DNA of 64,000 nt from Gammaproteobacteria bacterium (GCA_965277715.1 OZ255836.1:4128001-4192000), one strand, 5' to 3'. Counted from the first letter of the stretch, positions 29,417 to 39,899 are shown. Numbers and translations: made by a program. Notes: generated by a model from the letters alone, not told the origin.

Positions 29417-30505
29417 TTAGGTATTGAGTAGCTTTACACCTAACCCCGACGCCCGGGTCGTGCGCATATACCCCTCTTCTATTTTAAAGCCGCCACTGAC
29501 AATATCACGCGCCAGATCAAGGCTGCCATCCAGGTCGATATAGCGCGTTGCCGGTGATGAAAATGCGGCGTGCAAGGCGGCACTGATACTGACAATGCTC
29601 TCGTCCATGCACCCCCACATCAATTTAATACCGGCGATATCGGCAATATCGGCGATGCGTCTGGCGCTGTATATGCCACCGCATTTCATTAGCTTGATCA
29701 CAAAAATGCCACAGGCCCCCACCATTTCGTTATCGTGCCGGTTGGCCAGCCGCAATGCATCGGACTCATTGAGCAGGCTCTCATCGGCGGCGATCTGCTG
29801 ACGTCTGGCAGTGGGTAGCCGCCACAGTTTTTCATCGTATTTTGTCGACATGGGCTGTTCGATAAATTCGAGGTTGAGCGCCCGTGTTTCACGGCTAAAA
29901 CGCACCAGATCCTCGGGCGAATAGCCCTGATTGGGATCGACCCGGATCGCCACCGTCTTTTTGTAGCGCTCGCGGAGTTTGTGCAGGCGCTCGATATCAT
30001 CTTCAACCGCGTGGCCGAGTTTGACTTTCAGTGCGCGAAACCCCCGGCCAACATACTCTTCGGCTTCGGTGAGTGTTTCCCGCAATGGTTTGATACCGAT
30101 GGTGATGGATGTGGGCAGGGTATCGTGTGACCGACCGAGTACCTCGACCAGTGGCCGTTGCAAATACTGGCCCAGCAGGTCGTGCAGGGCAATATCAATG
30201 GCGGCGCGTGCCGCAGGTGTTTTCGGCATAAGCCGGGCCAGTTCTCGACTGATTGCATGGATGCTGCGTATATCCCGGCCAATCAGCCAGGCCAATGGGT
30301 CGGGCGCGAGCGCTTCGCTACAGGCGCTGGGTGTCTCGCCAGTGACGTGAGGCTCAGGGCTGGCGGTGCCGATGCCAATAAGACCAAGATTGGTGTCGAT
30401 TTCAACAACATTATTTTGCACAGCCTCCACCTTACGAAAGGCAATTTCATAGGGGCGGGTCAGTTTGAATTGCTCAACACGGCTGCGAATGGCAGTGATT
30501 TTCAT
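29417..30505 (-). CDS. L-Ala-D/L-Glu epimerase family enolase (DgcA-like)
   Basis: LKVKLG, VDPNQG, IEQP, ADES, IKLMKCGG, GCMDES, DLDG. Confidence 0.9.
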   Translation of the reverse strand: MKITAIRSRVEQFKLTRPYEIAFRKVEAVQNNVVEIDTNLGLIGIGTASPEPHVTGETPSACSEALAPDPLAWLIGRDIRSIHAISRELARLMPKTPAARAAIDIALHDLLGQYLQRPLVEVLGRSHDTLPTSITIGIKPLRETLTEAEEYVGRGFRALKVKLGHAVEDDIERLHKLRERYKKTVAIRVDPNQGYSPEDLVRFSRETRALNLEFIEQPMSTKYDEKLWRLPTARRQQIAADESLLNESDALRLANRHDNEMVGACGIFVIKLMKCGGIYSARRIADIADIAGIKLMWGCMDESIVSISAALHAAFSSPATRYIDLDGSLDLARDIVSGGFKIEEGYMRTTRASGLGVKLLNT

Positions 30506-31575
30506 GGTTTTGCTTCCTGTATATAGGCTTGTATCGGTGCTATCAGTGCATCGATATTATCAAACAATGGGCAAACTATCGGGATATTATGATCAGCCTG
30601 CAGGCGCTGCTGGTTATCGCGCAGCTCCTCGTCAGACAGGTTTTCACCATTGAGGGTAATGGCCAATACTCTGGCGCGGTAATAGCTGATCAAGGCGATT
30701 TCGCTCTCCAGCGAGGGGATAGCAAAACCTTCCTGTTCATAGCCTTCAAAGTGCTTACGCCCTGGCGCGTGTTGTAATATCACAGCGTGCGCCTGGGCCG
30801 ATAGCAGTAGCTCAGACCCGCAGGGGCCGCTGGGGTTGCGCAGGGAGGATTGTCCTTCTACCAGCATTACATCGGGGTGGGTTTCCCTATCACAACAGAC
30901 CACAGCGTGCTCCAGCTCACCGCTGACAAAATCGTTGGGTGTTGCGTCCAGTACAAAACCGTAACGGCTGCCCTGCATCCAGCCCGTTTGGCCTGTGTAG
31001 ATCATCTCTGCACAAATGCCATGTTGTTGCAGCCGATCAGTGAGCATACGCGTCGTCGTGCGCTTACCGAGCGCGCAATCGGTGCCGATAACGGCGATGC
31101 GCGGCGCTTTCACATGGCGGATGTCGCCATTCCAAAAATGCAGTTGTTGTATTGGGCGGGGTTTGCGCAGGTCGATAATCTCGCCCCCGTTGGCTTCACA
31201 TGCCGAGCGGATCGCAGCGTCTTCTGAAGCGGGATCGTGCAGACCGTTGACAATGCTCATCCCTCGTTCAGCGGCATCCAGTAGCATTCCACGCAGTACT
31301 TGGGTAAGTCTGCCACCGTGGGTTGCAATGCCGATAATGCACCATTTGGGTCTCTGTGGGAGCGCGGCCAGTGCGGTATCCAGCGATGCGAAAACGGGTA
31401 TATCACGGTGTTGGCCGTCGAGTAATTCACCGGCATCGTGGCCTGCGTTATCGGGATCGATGATACCGCGAATCGCAAATCGGTCGCTGCGCCGCAATAG
31501 CCCGTGGGTTACTTTGGCCTGTGGGGTCTGTAGTTCCCCAGGCGCCAGTACAATGGCATCTTCCCGTTTATTCAT
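30502..31575 (-). CDS. DUF1611 protein (DgcN-like N-acetyltransferase)
   Basis: IVNGLH, GTDCALGKRTT, TGQTG, DFVSGELE, VEGQSSL; coupled to the epimerase gene. Confidence 0.88.
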   Translation of the reverse strand: MNKREDAIVLAPGELQTPQAKVTHGLLRRSDRFAIRGIIDPDNAGHDAGELLDGQHRDIPVFASLDTALAALPQRPKWCIIGIATHGGRLTQVLRGMLLDAAERGMSIVNGLHDPASEDAAIRSACEANGGEIIDLRKPRPIQQLHFWNGDIRHVKAPRIAVIGTDCALGKRTTTRMLTDRLQQHGICAEMIYTGQTGWMQGSRYGFVLDATPNDFVSGELEHAVVCCDRETHPDVMLVEGQSSLRNPSGPCGSELLLSAQAHAVILQHAPGRKHFEGYEQEGFAIPSLESEIALISYYRARVLAITLNGENLSDEELRDNQQRLQADHNIPIVCPLFDNIDALIAPIQAYIQEAKP

Positions 31576-31777
31576 AGTGTTGGATTTTTATCGTGTGTTG
31601 ACAGCAAAGTGCGCAGTATCCTGTTTGTATTAACGCCATGCAAGTCATGGTGTGATAAGTGCCAGATCGTACAACTGGTTGTAACGCAACAGAGAAAAGC
31701 CTGGTGAGGCTATATCTTGTTGATAAAAGAAAATAAGGAGTAACGTATAATTCTCAGCTTTGGCTTAAAGATTTAAA

Positions 31778-32359
31778 GTGGAAAACTCCCCTCGTTATCG
31801 GCGCTCTGGCACAGAGTGTTTGCAGTGGCATACCTTGAATGGCCATTCGGCACGGCGCCTTCCGGAAAATATCCGCTGCTGGCTGGGTGATCGGGATTCG
31901 CTGACCCGGCAGGTAAAGCGCGCCTGTGATGGCGACTTTCGCGTTCAGGTGTTGCAGCAGTGTTGGACGCGGGCGCACCGTGATGAAGCGCGGGTGCTGG
32001 GCATCAGTGCATACCAAAGGGTGATTTCACGTGAAGTGCATCTGCTTTGTGGCGGTGTGCCGTGGGTGTATGCACGTAGCCTGATACCGCGTGTGACGTT
32101 GACGGGGCACTATGCAGTGCTCGGCCAAATGGAAGACAGGCCGTTGGGTGAAAAACTGTTTGCCGATCCTATTATGAAACGCGGTGATGTCACATTTTCC
32201 TGGCTTGTGCGTGGTTCGCATGACTACTCTATCGCCTTGACTGGTCTGCATAGTCGGCCATCACGTATCTATGGTCGGCGCTCATTATTCAGTGGCTCGC
32301 GGGCGCCGGTAATGGTGATGGAGTTTTTTTTGCCAGGTATTGGGGTATTTCCAGGCTGA
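31778..32359 (+). CDS. ubiC: chorismate--pyruvate lyase
   Basis: WL...SLTR, REVHL..GVPWVYARSLIP, RPLGEKLF, GRRSLF, EFFLP. Confidence 0.92.
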   Translation: MENSPRYRRSGTECLQWHTLNGHSARRLPENIRCWLGDRDSLTRQVKRACDGDFRVQVLQQCWTRAHRDEARVLGISAYQRVISREVHLLCGGVPWVYARSLIPRVTLTGHYAVLGQMEDRPLGEKLFADPIMKRGDVTFSWLVRGSHDYSIALTGLHSRPSRIYGRRSLFSGSRAPVMVMEFFLPGIGVFPG

Positions 32360-32454
32360 GCTTACCTATTATTGCTATTTGTTCCATCAATTATGCTTTA
32401 TAGCCCCATACGTTTGTTGCTTCACCCATCGTTCTGCCGTGCTATTATTCGCCG

Positions 32455-33348
32455 ATGAAATTCGTCGACCCACGCAATGATATCGCCTTTAAAAGGATCT
32501 TTGGTAACCAGCAACATAAAGAAGTGCTGATTCATTTTGTCAATGCGGCGCTGGATTTCCCTGAAGGCGCAAAGGTGGTGGATGTCTCCTTCGATAATCC
32601 CTACCAGTTACCCCGGATCGAAGAGCTCAAAGAGACTGTGCTGGATGTGATGGCCACCGATCAGCAGCAGCGTCGGTTTGTTATCGAAATGCAGGTGCAG
32701 CCGAGTCGCTATTTTGCCAAGCGCAGCCTTTACTACACTGCTAAATCCTATGTTAATCAACTGGATGTAGGGGTGGCATACGATCAGCTAAAGAAGGTAC
32801 ATTTTATTGGCATCCTGGATTTTGACTTTAGCCCGGATGATGGTCAATACCTGTCCAACCACCTGATTCTCGATACCCGCACGCATAAAAACCACCTGGA
32901 TGACTTTGCTTTTTGTTTTATCGAGCTTGGCAAGTTTCATAAAACGCTGGAGCAACTGGACAACATGGTCGATAAGTGGATTTATTTTATCAAGCATGCG
33001 GGGCGCATGGAGGAAGTTCCTACAACCTACCAGCAGGACCCTGTGTTTAAAACCGCTTTTGCAATAGCGCAACAACATGCCTGGAGTAAAAAGGAGATGC
33101 AGGTATATGACTACATCAATAAAAAACGCATGGATGAACGTGATGTGATCGAAACTGCGCAGGTAATGGGTAGGCGCATTGGGCGTGAGGAAGGACGTGA
33201 GGAAGGACGTGAAGAAAATGCCTATAACACCGCTAAACAGTTGATCCCGATGGGTTTGTCAGACCAACAGATTTCCTCGGCAACAAGCCTAACGGTTGAG
33301 CAGGTGGTGACAGTAAGAATGCAAATAGACAATGGCAAGGATAATTAA
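32455..33348 (+). CDS. Rpn family PD-(D/E)XK nuclease (recombination-promoting nuclease/putative transposase)
   Basis: DPRNDIAFKRIFG, LDV...VIEMQ, RSLYY, FIELGKF, C-terminal GREEGREEGREE. Confidence 0.9.
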   Translation: MKFVDPRNDIAFKRIFGNQQHKEVLIHFVNAALDFPEGAKVVDVSFDNPYQLPRIEELKETVLDVMATDQQQRRFVIEMQVQPSRYFAKRSLYYTAKSYVNQLDVGVAYDQLKKVHFIGILDFDFSPDDGQYLSNHLILDTRTHKNHLDDFAFCFIELGKFHKTLEQLDNMVDKWIYFIKHAGRMEEVPTTYQQDPVFKTAFAIAQQHAWSKKEMQVYDYINKKRMDERDVIETAQVMGRRIGREEGREEGREENAYNTAKQLIPMGLSDQQISSATSLTVEQVVTVRMQIDNGKDN

Positions 33349-33619
33349 CTGATAGAGTACGGTATTACCTGGAAACGCCTTTATGTCTTTAAGTCGTCTG
33401 CTTGTCAGGCAAAAGATACGGTAGGTTAGGCAATGACATCGCCGGGTGAAAACCCATCGCCACCAACTCATCGACAACGGGCACAAGCAGTGCCTGATCA
33501 TCGACTTTCTGGTTGAACACACCACCGAAGCGCCAGGTTGTTGCTATTGTGAACAAAGGGAATTACATCGCCTGAGCCAGAAAGTGGGCTAGTAAGTAGT
33601 ACCAGGGCGCTTAATGCGG

Positions 33620-33931
33620 TTATCGAATCAGGGTACTTGCCTCGCCGTTGTTTCCTTGGTTGTCCAGCCATTCCACTTTCACTGTATCGCCTTTCTCCCC
33701 ACCTTTGAAACGGAAAGCGAAAAAAGGGTTTTCTGACATGGCGCCGCTCCACTGGGCCGTTATTACCGTTTCACCGTTATGGGTTGCCATTATGTCAGTA
33801 ATAAAATGGCATGGCTTGCGCTGGTCAGTGCTGTTTGTTGTCAGCAAACCTGATGTCATTGGGTGATTGATTAGTGCGATAGCCTGGGTAACGTCAGCGT
33901 GGCGTTTTGCGCGTAGTTTGGTGGTAGACAT
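33620..33931 (-). CDS. soxZ: SoxZ-like protein
   Basis: ALINHPMTSG, PCHFI, SENPFFAFRFKGGEKGD..VEWLDNQG. Confidence 0.85.
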   Translation of the reverse strand: MSTTKLRAKRHADVTQAIALINHPMTSGLLTTNSTDQRKPCHFITDIMATHNGETVITAQWSGAMSENPFFAFRFKGGEKGDTVKVEWLDNQGNNGEASTLIR

Positions 33932-33984
33932 GGTTATTGAGTGGATTGTCAGTTGATAAGATTGTGTTATTTAGAGGGGGGCAG

Positions 33985-34482
33985 CTATTCCCCGGGTGGC
34001 GCAGTATCGAGTGTTTTGCGTGTTGATTTAGGTGTTTCTGTCACAATAATCTGGCGGTAGTTGGAAAATAGTTGTTCGCCAGATTTGACGACAGCGATGA
34101 TTTCACTCGTTTGATGGATGTCCAGCCGGGTGGTGATAAAAGGTGCTGTGTTTTCGGGCAATGTATAGAGTGCAACCAGTGGTAGAGGGTGCTCAGGGAT
34201 AAGAATAGCGATGGCGTTGATATCCGCCATTTTGGTCGAGACTGTTATTTCGACAATTGAAGGTTTTTTAATGTAACCGGGCGCGTCGATAATCACCTCG
34301 CTACTCGGTGTACCTATGTCGTTGCCCAGTACTATTTGCACGGCTTCTGCTATATCAGGTGTTGTAAATGCTTTACGTGAGCCATTGGTCATGGCGGTAA
34401 CCGGTAATAAAAAGCTACCCAGTGTAGCCAGTGAGGCGCACTGTAGAGAGGTTTTTAGTATTGATCGGCGTTGGGTGTGCAT
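33985..34482 (-). CDS. soxY: SoxY-like protein lacking the C-terminal GGCGG carrier motif
   Basis: Tat signal QRRSILK, IDAP, HPLPLVA, PFITTR, adjacent to soxZ; ends IIVTETPKSTRKTLDTAPPGE. Confidence 0.7.
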   Translation of the reverse strand: MHTQRRSILKTSLQCASLATLGSFLLPVTAMTNGSRKAFTTPDIAEAVQIVLGNDIGTPSSEVIIDAPGYIKKPSIVEITVSTKMADINAIAILIPEHPLPLVALYTLPENTAPFITTRLDIHQTSEIIAVVKSGEQLFSNYRQIIVTETPKSTRKTLDTAPPGE

Positions 34483-34782
34483 TGCCTGATAAGTTGGCGA
34501 GTTGATTGATAGTTTATGTATCGGCTCGTCAGGTAAAAAATTAATAGTGAGAATGGAAAATAGTGCGCTGCCTACATGAAAACAGAAATACAGTAAACTT
34601 TAAGGCACATACACGAAATAAACGTCAGGGTGCGTAAATGGATTGATTTACCTTATAGCTGAGTTGGCTTGAGGGTGTTATTAACAAATAGCTCATTGTT
34701 TAAATAATATTATAAAAACGGAAATTATTTCGTGCGCTTTCCTTAGGGCTTTTTATTAGGGGTTTCTGGGTATCTGCCATTA

Positions 34783-35559
34783 CTAATTGCATTGCGTGGC
34801 GTCAATCACTTGCCCATTGGGCTTGTCTATTGTGGGGTCGAGTAAATACACATAACTGCTGAGATAGTTATCCGCAGGTGGGATCGACTGTGCATTTTCA
34901 CCGGGAAAAGCTGTGCGCCGGATGTGTGTTTGCATAGGGCCGGGTACTACCGCATTGACACTGAGTATGCGCTCACCCGCCACATTTTTTCTGCTTTCGA
35001 CTTCATCGGCCAAAATGCATACAGCACTTTCAATACCGGCTTTACAAATACCATAAGCCCCCCAGTAGGCATGGGGCTTTCGGTCTACGGTGAAAATAAC
35101 AGACGCTGTGTCGGCTTGTGTCAGTAAAGGCAGGCAGGCCTGCGTTAAAAACATCGGCCCGGTCAAATTAACCTGCACTGTTTTTTGCCAGTCACCTGCG
35201 GAATAGTGGCTCAATGGTGTCATTGTGCCAAGGTTGGCGGCGCAGTGAACAATGCCATCTAAACGGCCAAACTCAGCGCTGATCGATGCGGCCATTTGCT
35301 GATAGTGTTCCGTTGAGGCACCACTGAGATCGAGTGGGTAGATGGCGGCCAGGGGGTAGCCACTGGTCTCGATTTCATCGTAAACCACCTCTAACTTTTT
35401 TATGGTTTTACCCAGCAGAATAACGGTGGCGCCCAATGCCGCCAATTTTATCGATAAGGGTTTACCCAGCCCACCCCCGGCGCCTGTTATCAGCACAACC
35501 CTATTTTTCAGGGCATCAGTGTTTGGAACATAATGAGTCGGCAGAGTAAATGATGGCAT
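34783..35559 (-). CDS. yciK: YciK-family short-chain oxidoreductase
   Basis: LITGAGGGLG, GATVILLGKT..KLE.VYDEI, AYWGAYGICK, R.AFPGE. Confidence 0.85.
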   Translation of the reverse strand: MPSFTLPTHYVPNTDALKNRVVLITGAGGGLGKPLSIKLAALGATVILLGKTIKKLEVVYDEIETSGYPLAAIYPLDLSGASTEHYQQMAASISAEFGRLDGIVHCAANLGTMTPLSHYSAGDWQKTVQVNLTGPMFLTQACLPLLTQADTASVIFTVDRKPHAYWGAYGICKAGIESAVCILADEVESRKNVAGERILSVNAVVPGPMQTHIRRTAFPGENAQSIPPADNYLSSYVYLLDPTIDKPNGQVIDATQCN

Positions 35560-35631
35560 TGATTGGCTTAGCACAATAGGCAGTGAAGGTTGAACTGAAA
35601 TTGAACGGGTGGGGAAGCACCTGCCCAGTTT

Positions 35632-36429
35632 TTATGAGGGCGTTATGAGTATCAGCATCCCGACTTTTGGGTGGTCGATATAGTGCAGCTCGCGGCTGCG
35701 CATACGCCGGTGGGATTTCACGATAAACGATTGCATATCAGCGGGGGCCAAGGTTTTGGTTAAGGCCAAATCAGTGTAAACGTGTAAATAACGACTGACT
35801 GCCACAGTAATGGTGCCATCCAATGGGTAGGCGAGTGTTTGTGTGTATGAGCCGGTGAGATTGCCGTCGGGGGTGACGAATGCAGGTTGGAAGTTTTCTA
35901 CGGGCCTGATAAATCTATCGGGCGGGCGCTGGTTTTGCAATCCCCTGGCTTTGACAACACCGGCTTCGACGACCTCGACAACCTGGTTATCCACAGTTAA
36001 CAGATCAACCCCGGAAGACGGTGCATTGTCGTTGGTGCTACCGCCAGTCTCGACAAATACGGGTACGGGCTCGCCTTGTTGAATGCGCACGGGGATCGCT
36101 TTCTTTTTGGACTGTGTCGCCTGCCGCCATACCTGGTGGGTCAATAATTTGTACCGGCTCGATTTTTTGATAGCCGCCGCTGCATTGGCGAGGCGGCGGG
36201 ATTTTGATGTTAATGGCTGCACGCCACGCCCACTCTTTGGCGTATTGGCGTCCTTTAATAAGGGTATATACGTTTGATGATCCCATAGGGTATTCGCAGC
36301 GTGGGGTACATCAATATTCTCAAAAATAACTACTTCAATATCGTAAGAACGGGTTTCGGCGCAGGTTATAGCCGTCGTTGTCAGCAATACCAGGCCAATG
36401 AGGCAGCGAAACAATGCAGTATTGAACAT
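35632..36429 (-). CDS. CsiV-family exported protein
   Basis: YDIEVVIF, YKLLTHQVWRQ, LDGTI...RYLH, RRMRSRELHYIDHP; directly downstream of mfd. Confidence 0.8.
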   Translation of the reverse strand: MFNTALFRCLIGLVLLTTTAITCAETRSYDIEVVIFENIDVPHAANTLWDHQTYIPLLKDANTPKSGRGVQPLTSKSRRLANAAAAIKKSSRYKLLTHQVWRQATQSKKKAIPVRIQQGEPVPVFVETGGSTNDNAPSSGVDLLTVDNQVVEVVEAGVVKARGLQNQRPPDRFIRPVENFQPAFVTPDGNLTGSYTQTLAYPLDGTITVAVSRYLHVYTDLALTKTLAPADMQSFIVKSHRRMRSRELHYIDHPKVGMLILITPS

Positions 36430-39400
36430 CAGGCGACCATGGGCAGGTTTAAGGTATTGAGAAGCTTATCAATAAATTCGATGCGTGTGTCGATATTGTG
36501 CAGCTCAGCCTGAAAGCGCACGGCGTGTTTGCCATCAAAACGGTAAACGCTGGGGGTGGTTTGTACGAGTTTAATCAATGACATAGGATCGATATTGGGC
36601 TGTTCAGAAAAATGCAGCCTGCCGCCAGTGGCGTTGGTGTCACAGCGGGTGATGCCGAGCGTTTCACAGCGCAGTTTTATTTCGGTTGCGCTGAACAGCG
36701 TTTTTGTTTGTTCTGGCAGCAGGCCAAAACGGTCGATTAACTCAACTTTCAGTTCGCGCAGCGCTTCGTTATCCCGGGCGCTGGCAATACGTTTGTAGAG
36801 AATAAGCCGGTTGTGTACATCGGGCACATAATCGCCTGGCAGCAGTGCAGGTGAGTGCAGGTCAATTTCAACAGATTTGGCCAGTGGTGATTCGGTATCG
36901 GGGATTTTGCCCGCTTTTAGTGCCTTGACGGCCCGCTCCAGCAGTTCATTGTAGAGAGTAAACCCGATCTCCTGGATTTGTCCGCTTTGCCCCTCGCCCA
37001 GTAACTCGCCAGCGCCACGAATTTCCATGTCGTGGGTCGCCAGGGTAAACCCAACGCCAAGGTCTTCCAATGACTCAATCGCGCTAAGGCGCTTTTCTGC
37101 GTCACTGCTGAGTACCCCTTTGGGCGGTGTGATCAGGTAGGCATAGGCGCGGTGATGCGAGCGACCGACCCGGCCACGCAACTGGTGGAGTTGTGCCAGG
37201 CCCAGTTTGTCTGCGCGGTTGATAATAATAGTATTGGCGCTGGGAATATCGATACCGCTTTCGATAATGGTTGTACACACCAGCACATTGCAGCGCTGAT
37301 GGTAAAAATCCAGCATGGCTTCCTCCAGCTCGCGCTCACGCATCTGGCCGTGCGCAACCCGCGCTTTGGCCTCGGGGGCAATTTCTTCAATGGTGCGGGC
37401 AATGCGTTCAATACTGCTGACTTCATTGTGTAGAAAATACACCTGCCCGCCGCGTGCCAGCTCGCGTTGCAGCGCCTCGCGAATCAAGGCGTCGTTCCAC
37501 TCATTGACAAAGGTTTTGATCGCCAGGCGTTCAGCGGGTGGGGTGGCGATAATCGATAGGCCGCGCATACCGGACATGCTCATATTGAGTGTGCGTGGAA
37601 TCGGTGTCGCGGTCATGGTGAGAATGTCCACCTCGGCGCGTAGCGCCTTCATGTGTTCCTTATGGCGCACACCAAAGCGGTGTTCCTCGTCGATAATGAC
37701 CAGGCCAAGGTTGGCGAAATCGATGCCTTTTTGTAATAGCTTATGGGTGCCGATAACGATGTCCACCTTGCCGTTGTTAAGGCCCTGTAACACACTGTCC
37801 TGTTCTTTTTTACTGCGAAAGCGTGATAGCGACTCGATCACTACGGGCCAATCGGCAAAGCGGTCAGAAAAATTCTGAAAGTGTTGCTGTGCCAACAGCG
37901 TTGTCGGCACCAGCACGACCACCTGCTTGCCCCCATCGACGGCGGTGAACGAGGCGCGCATCGCCACTTCGGTTTTGCCAAACCCCACATCGCCACAGAC
38001 AATCCGATCCATTGGGGTTTCAGCGCGCATATCGGCAATCACTTCCTCAATAGCACGCGCCTGATCAGGCGTTTCCTCAAAGGGGAAGGCCGTGGCAAAA
38101 CGGCGGTAGTTTTCCTCATCGAAATGAAACGAATACCCCTTGCGCGCTTCACGGCGTGCATAAATCTCCAACAGCTCAGCCGCCACATCGCGGGCTTTTT
38201 CAGCGGCCCGGCGCTTAACTTTCTGCCACTGCTCGCCACCCAATTTGTGCAGTGGTGCCGTCTCCGGCCCGGCACCCGTGTAACGGCTAATCAAATGCAG
38301 GGAGGCGACGGGCACGTAGAGTTTATCGTTGCCCGCATAACTAAGCGTTAGGTACTCGGTGTTCATCCCGCCCACATCGAGCGTGGTTAAGCCCTGGTAT
38401 CGGCCCACACCGTGATCGATATGCACTACGGGGGCGTCGATATGCAGGTCATTGAGGTTTGAGATAATTGCATCGGCATCGCGGGTAGGTGCCCGCCTGC
38501 TACGGGCCTGACGGGTGCGCTCACCCAACAGTTGTGACTCACAGATAATGGTAATGCCCGCCTGTGTGAGTAGCATGCCTTCGTTCAGGGGTGAGGCAAT
38601 AACCGCCAGTGTTTGCTTATCACCCGCCGGTTCTATATCGATAAATGCCTGCCATCTATCGACCTGGGTTGGGTAAATGCGGTTACCGTGGAGTAAATCC
38701 AGCAGGCTCTCACGACGACCGGCAGACTCCGCGCTAAACAATACGCGGCCTGTGAATTGTTGCAAAAATTGCTGCAGGGCCGCCAGGGGGTGTTCGGCAC
38801 GGGCGTTAGCCGGGAAAACCCCGGGGTTACTACTGGCAAAATTCCACGCATGGGTAGAGCGGGCATCACATTCAAAGCGCTGGCAGTCGATACCATTAAA
38901 TGCAGACAACCACGCGGTAATCTCATCGATGCTATTAAACAACTGGTCTGGCGGCAGCAGCGGCCTTTCAACATCGTGACCATACTGGTCGAAGCGATAA
39001 TCGATCTGTTGCCAGTATTCAGTGACCGCCTGATCCCAGCCGCGCAGGTGAATCAGAGTACTGTCGGTGGGTAAATAATCGGCCAGCGTGGCCATCTGTT
39101 GAAAAAAGAGCGGCATATAGTATTCAATGCCAGACGGCGCCAGGCCATTACTGACATCGCGATAGATCGGGCTGGTTTTAGCTGAGCCATCAAACGCCTC
39201 CCGGAAATTTTGCCGAAAGCGGGTGATACCTGCTTCGGTCAATGGAAATTCGTGTGCGGGCAGCAGCTCAATGGATGCCAGGGTCTCATCGCTGCGCTGC
39301 GACTCCGGATCAAAACGGCGGATCGTATCGATCTCCTCATCGAAGAAATCGATACGAATAGGGGATTCGCTACTCATTGGGAATAAATCCAACAACGAGC

Positions 39401-39899
39401 CGCGCACGGCAAACTCACCGTGCTCCATCACCTGGTCGACGGCGCGATAACCGGCTGCAACCAGGCTTTCACGCAGTGCTTTTGGCGCCATCTGCTGGCC
39501 GGTTTTCAGCACCAGTGCATTACCTTGCAGAAAGTCTACCGGTGGCAGTTTCTGTACCAGCGTTTGTGCGGGCACCAATAAAATACCGCGTGTCGTTTTG
39601 GGCAGCAGATGAAGAGTCTTCAACCGCTGTGAGACAATATCCTGGTGGGGGGAAAAGTGATCGTAAGGCAGGGTTTCCCAGTCTGGAATGCTAAAGACAC
39701 GGGCATGCCCACCCGTAAAGAACGACAGATCTTCCTCAAGTTGCAGTAACTCGGCCAGGGTTGGCACCACCACCACGACCAGACCCGCCTGTGCACGTGC
39801 GAACTCAGCGATAGCCAGTGGCAATGCACTGCCGTATAGCTGCCCCCAGTGTTTCTTATCGGGCGTGGGGAGGGGGATGAGGGCGGTTGTTGCGTTCAA
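36429..39899 (-). CDS. mfd: transcription-repair coupling factor
   Basis: PDWETLPYD, HGVGRY, GDVGFGKTEVA, DEEHRFG, TATPIPRTL, QLRGRVGRS; start set at TTG 39899 (the track's extra ~120 aa overlap hflK). Confidence 0.97.
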   Translation of the reverse strand: MNATTALIPLPTPDKKHWGQLYGSALPLAIAEFARAQAGLVVVVVPTLAELLQLEEDLSFFTGGHARVFSIPDWETLPYDHFSPHQDIVSQRLKTLHLLPKTTRGILLVPAQTLVQKLPPVDFLQGNALVLKTGQQMAPKALRESLVAAGYRAVDQVMEHGEFAVRGSLLDLFPMSSESPIRIDFFDEEIDTIRRFDPESQRSDETLASIELLPAHEFPLTEAGITRFRQNFREAFDGSAKTSPIYRDVSNGLAPSGIEYYMPLFFQQMATLADYLPTDSTLIHLRGWDQAVTEYWQQIDYRFDQYGHDVERPLLPPDQLFNSIDEITAWLSAFNGIDCQRFECDARSTHAWNFASSNPGVFPANARAEHPLAALQQFLQQFTGRVLFSAESAGRRESLLDLLHGNRIYPTQVDRWQAFIDIEPAGDKQTLAVIASPLNEGMLLTQAGITIICESQLLGERTRQARSRRAPTRDADAIISNLNDLHIDAPVVHIDHGVGRYQGLTTLDVGGMNTEYLTLSYAGNDKLYVPVASLHLISRYTGAGPETAPLHKLGGEQWQKVKRRAAEKARDVAAELLEIYARREARKGYSFHFDEENYRRFATAFPFEETPDQARAIEEVIADMRAETPMDRIVCGDVGFGKTEVAMRASFTAVDGGKQVVVLVPTTLLAQQHFQNFSDRFADWPVVIESLSRFRSKKEQDSVLQGLNNGKVDIVIGTHKLLQKGIDFANLGLVIIDEEHRFGVRHKEHMKALRAEVDILTMTATPIPRTLNMSMSGMRGLSIIATPPAERLAIKTFVNEWNDALIREALQRELARGGQVYFLHNEVSSIERIARTIEEIAPEAKARVAHGQMRERELEEAMLDFYHQRCNVLVCTTIIESGIDIPSANTIIINRADKLGLAQLHQLRGRVGRSHHRAYAYLITPPKGVLSSDAEKRLSAIESLEDLGVGFTLATHDMEIRGAGELLGEGQSGQIQEIGFTLYNELLERAVKALKAGKIPDTESPLAKSVEIDLHSPALLPGDYVPDVHNRLILYKRIASARDNEALRELKVELIDRFGLLPEQTKTLFSATEIKLRCETLGITRCDTNATGGRLHFSEQPNIDPMSLIKLVQTTPSVYRFDGKHAVRFQAELHNIDTRIEFIDKLLNTLNLPMVA

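Noticed and set aside
33400-33600. Possible esterase-like pseudogene fragment (..TW..GGVFNQKVDDQALL...DEL..) on the minus strand
   Set aside because: Too short and degenerate to support without a search.
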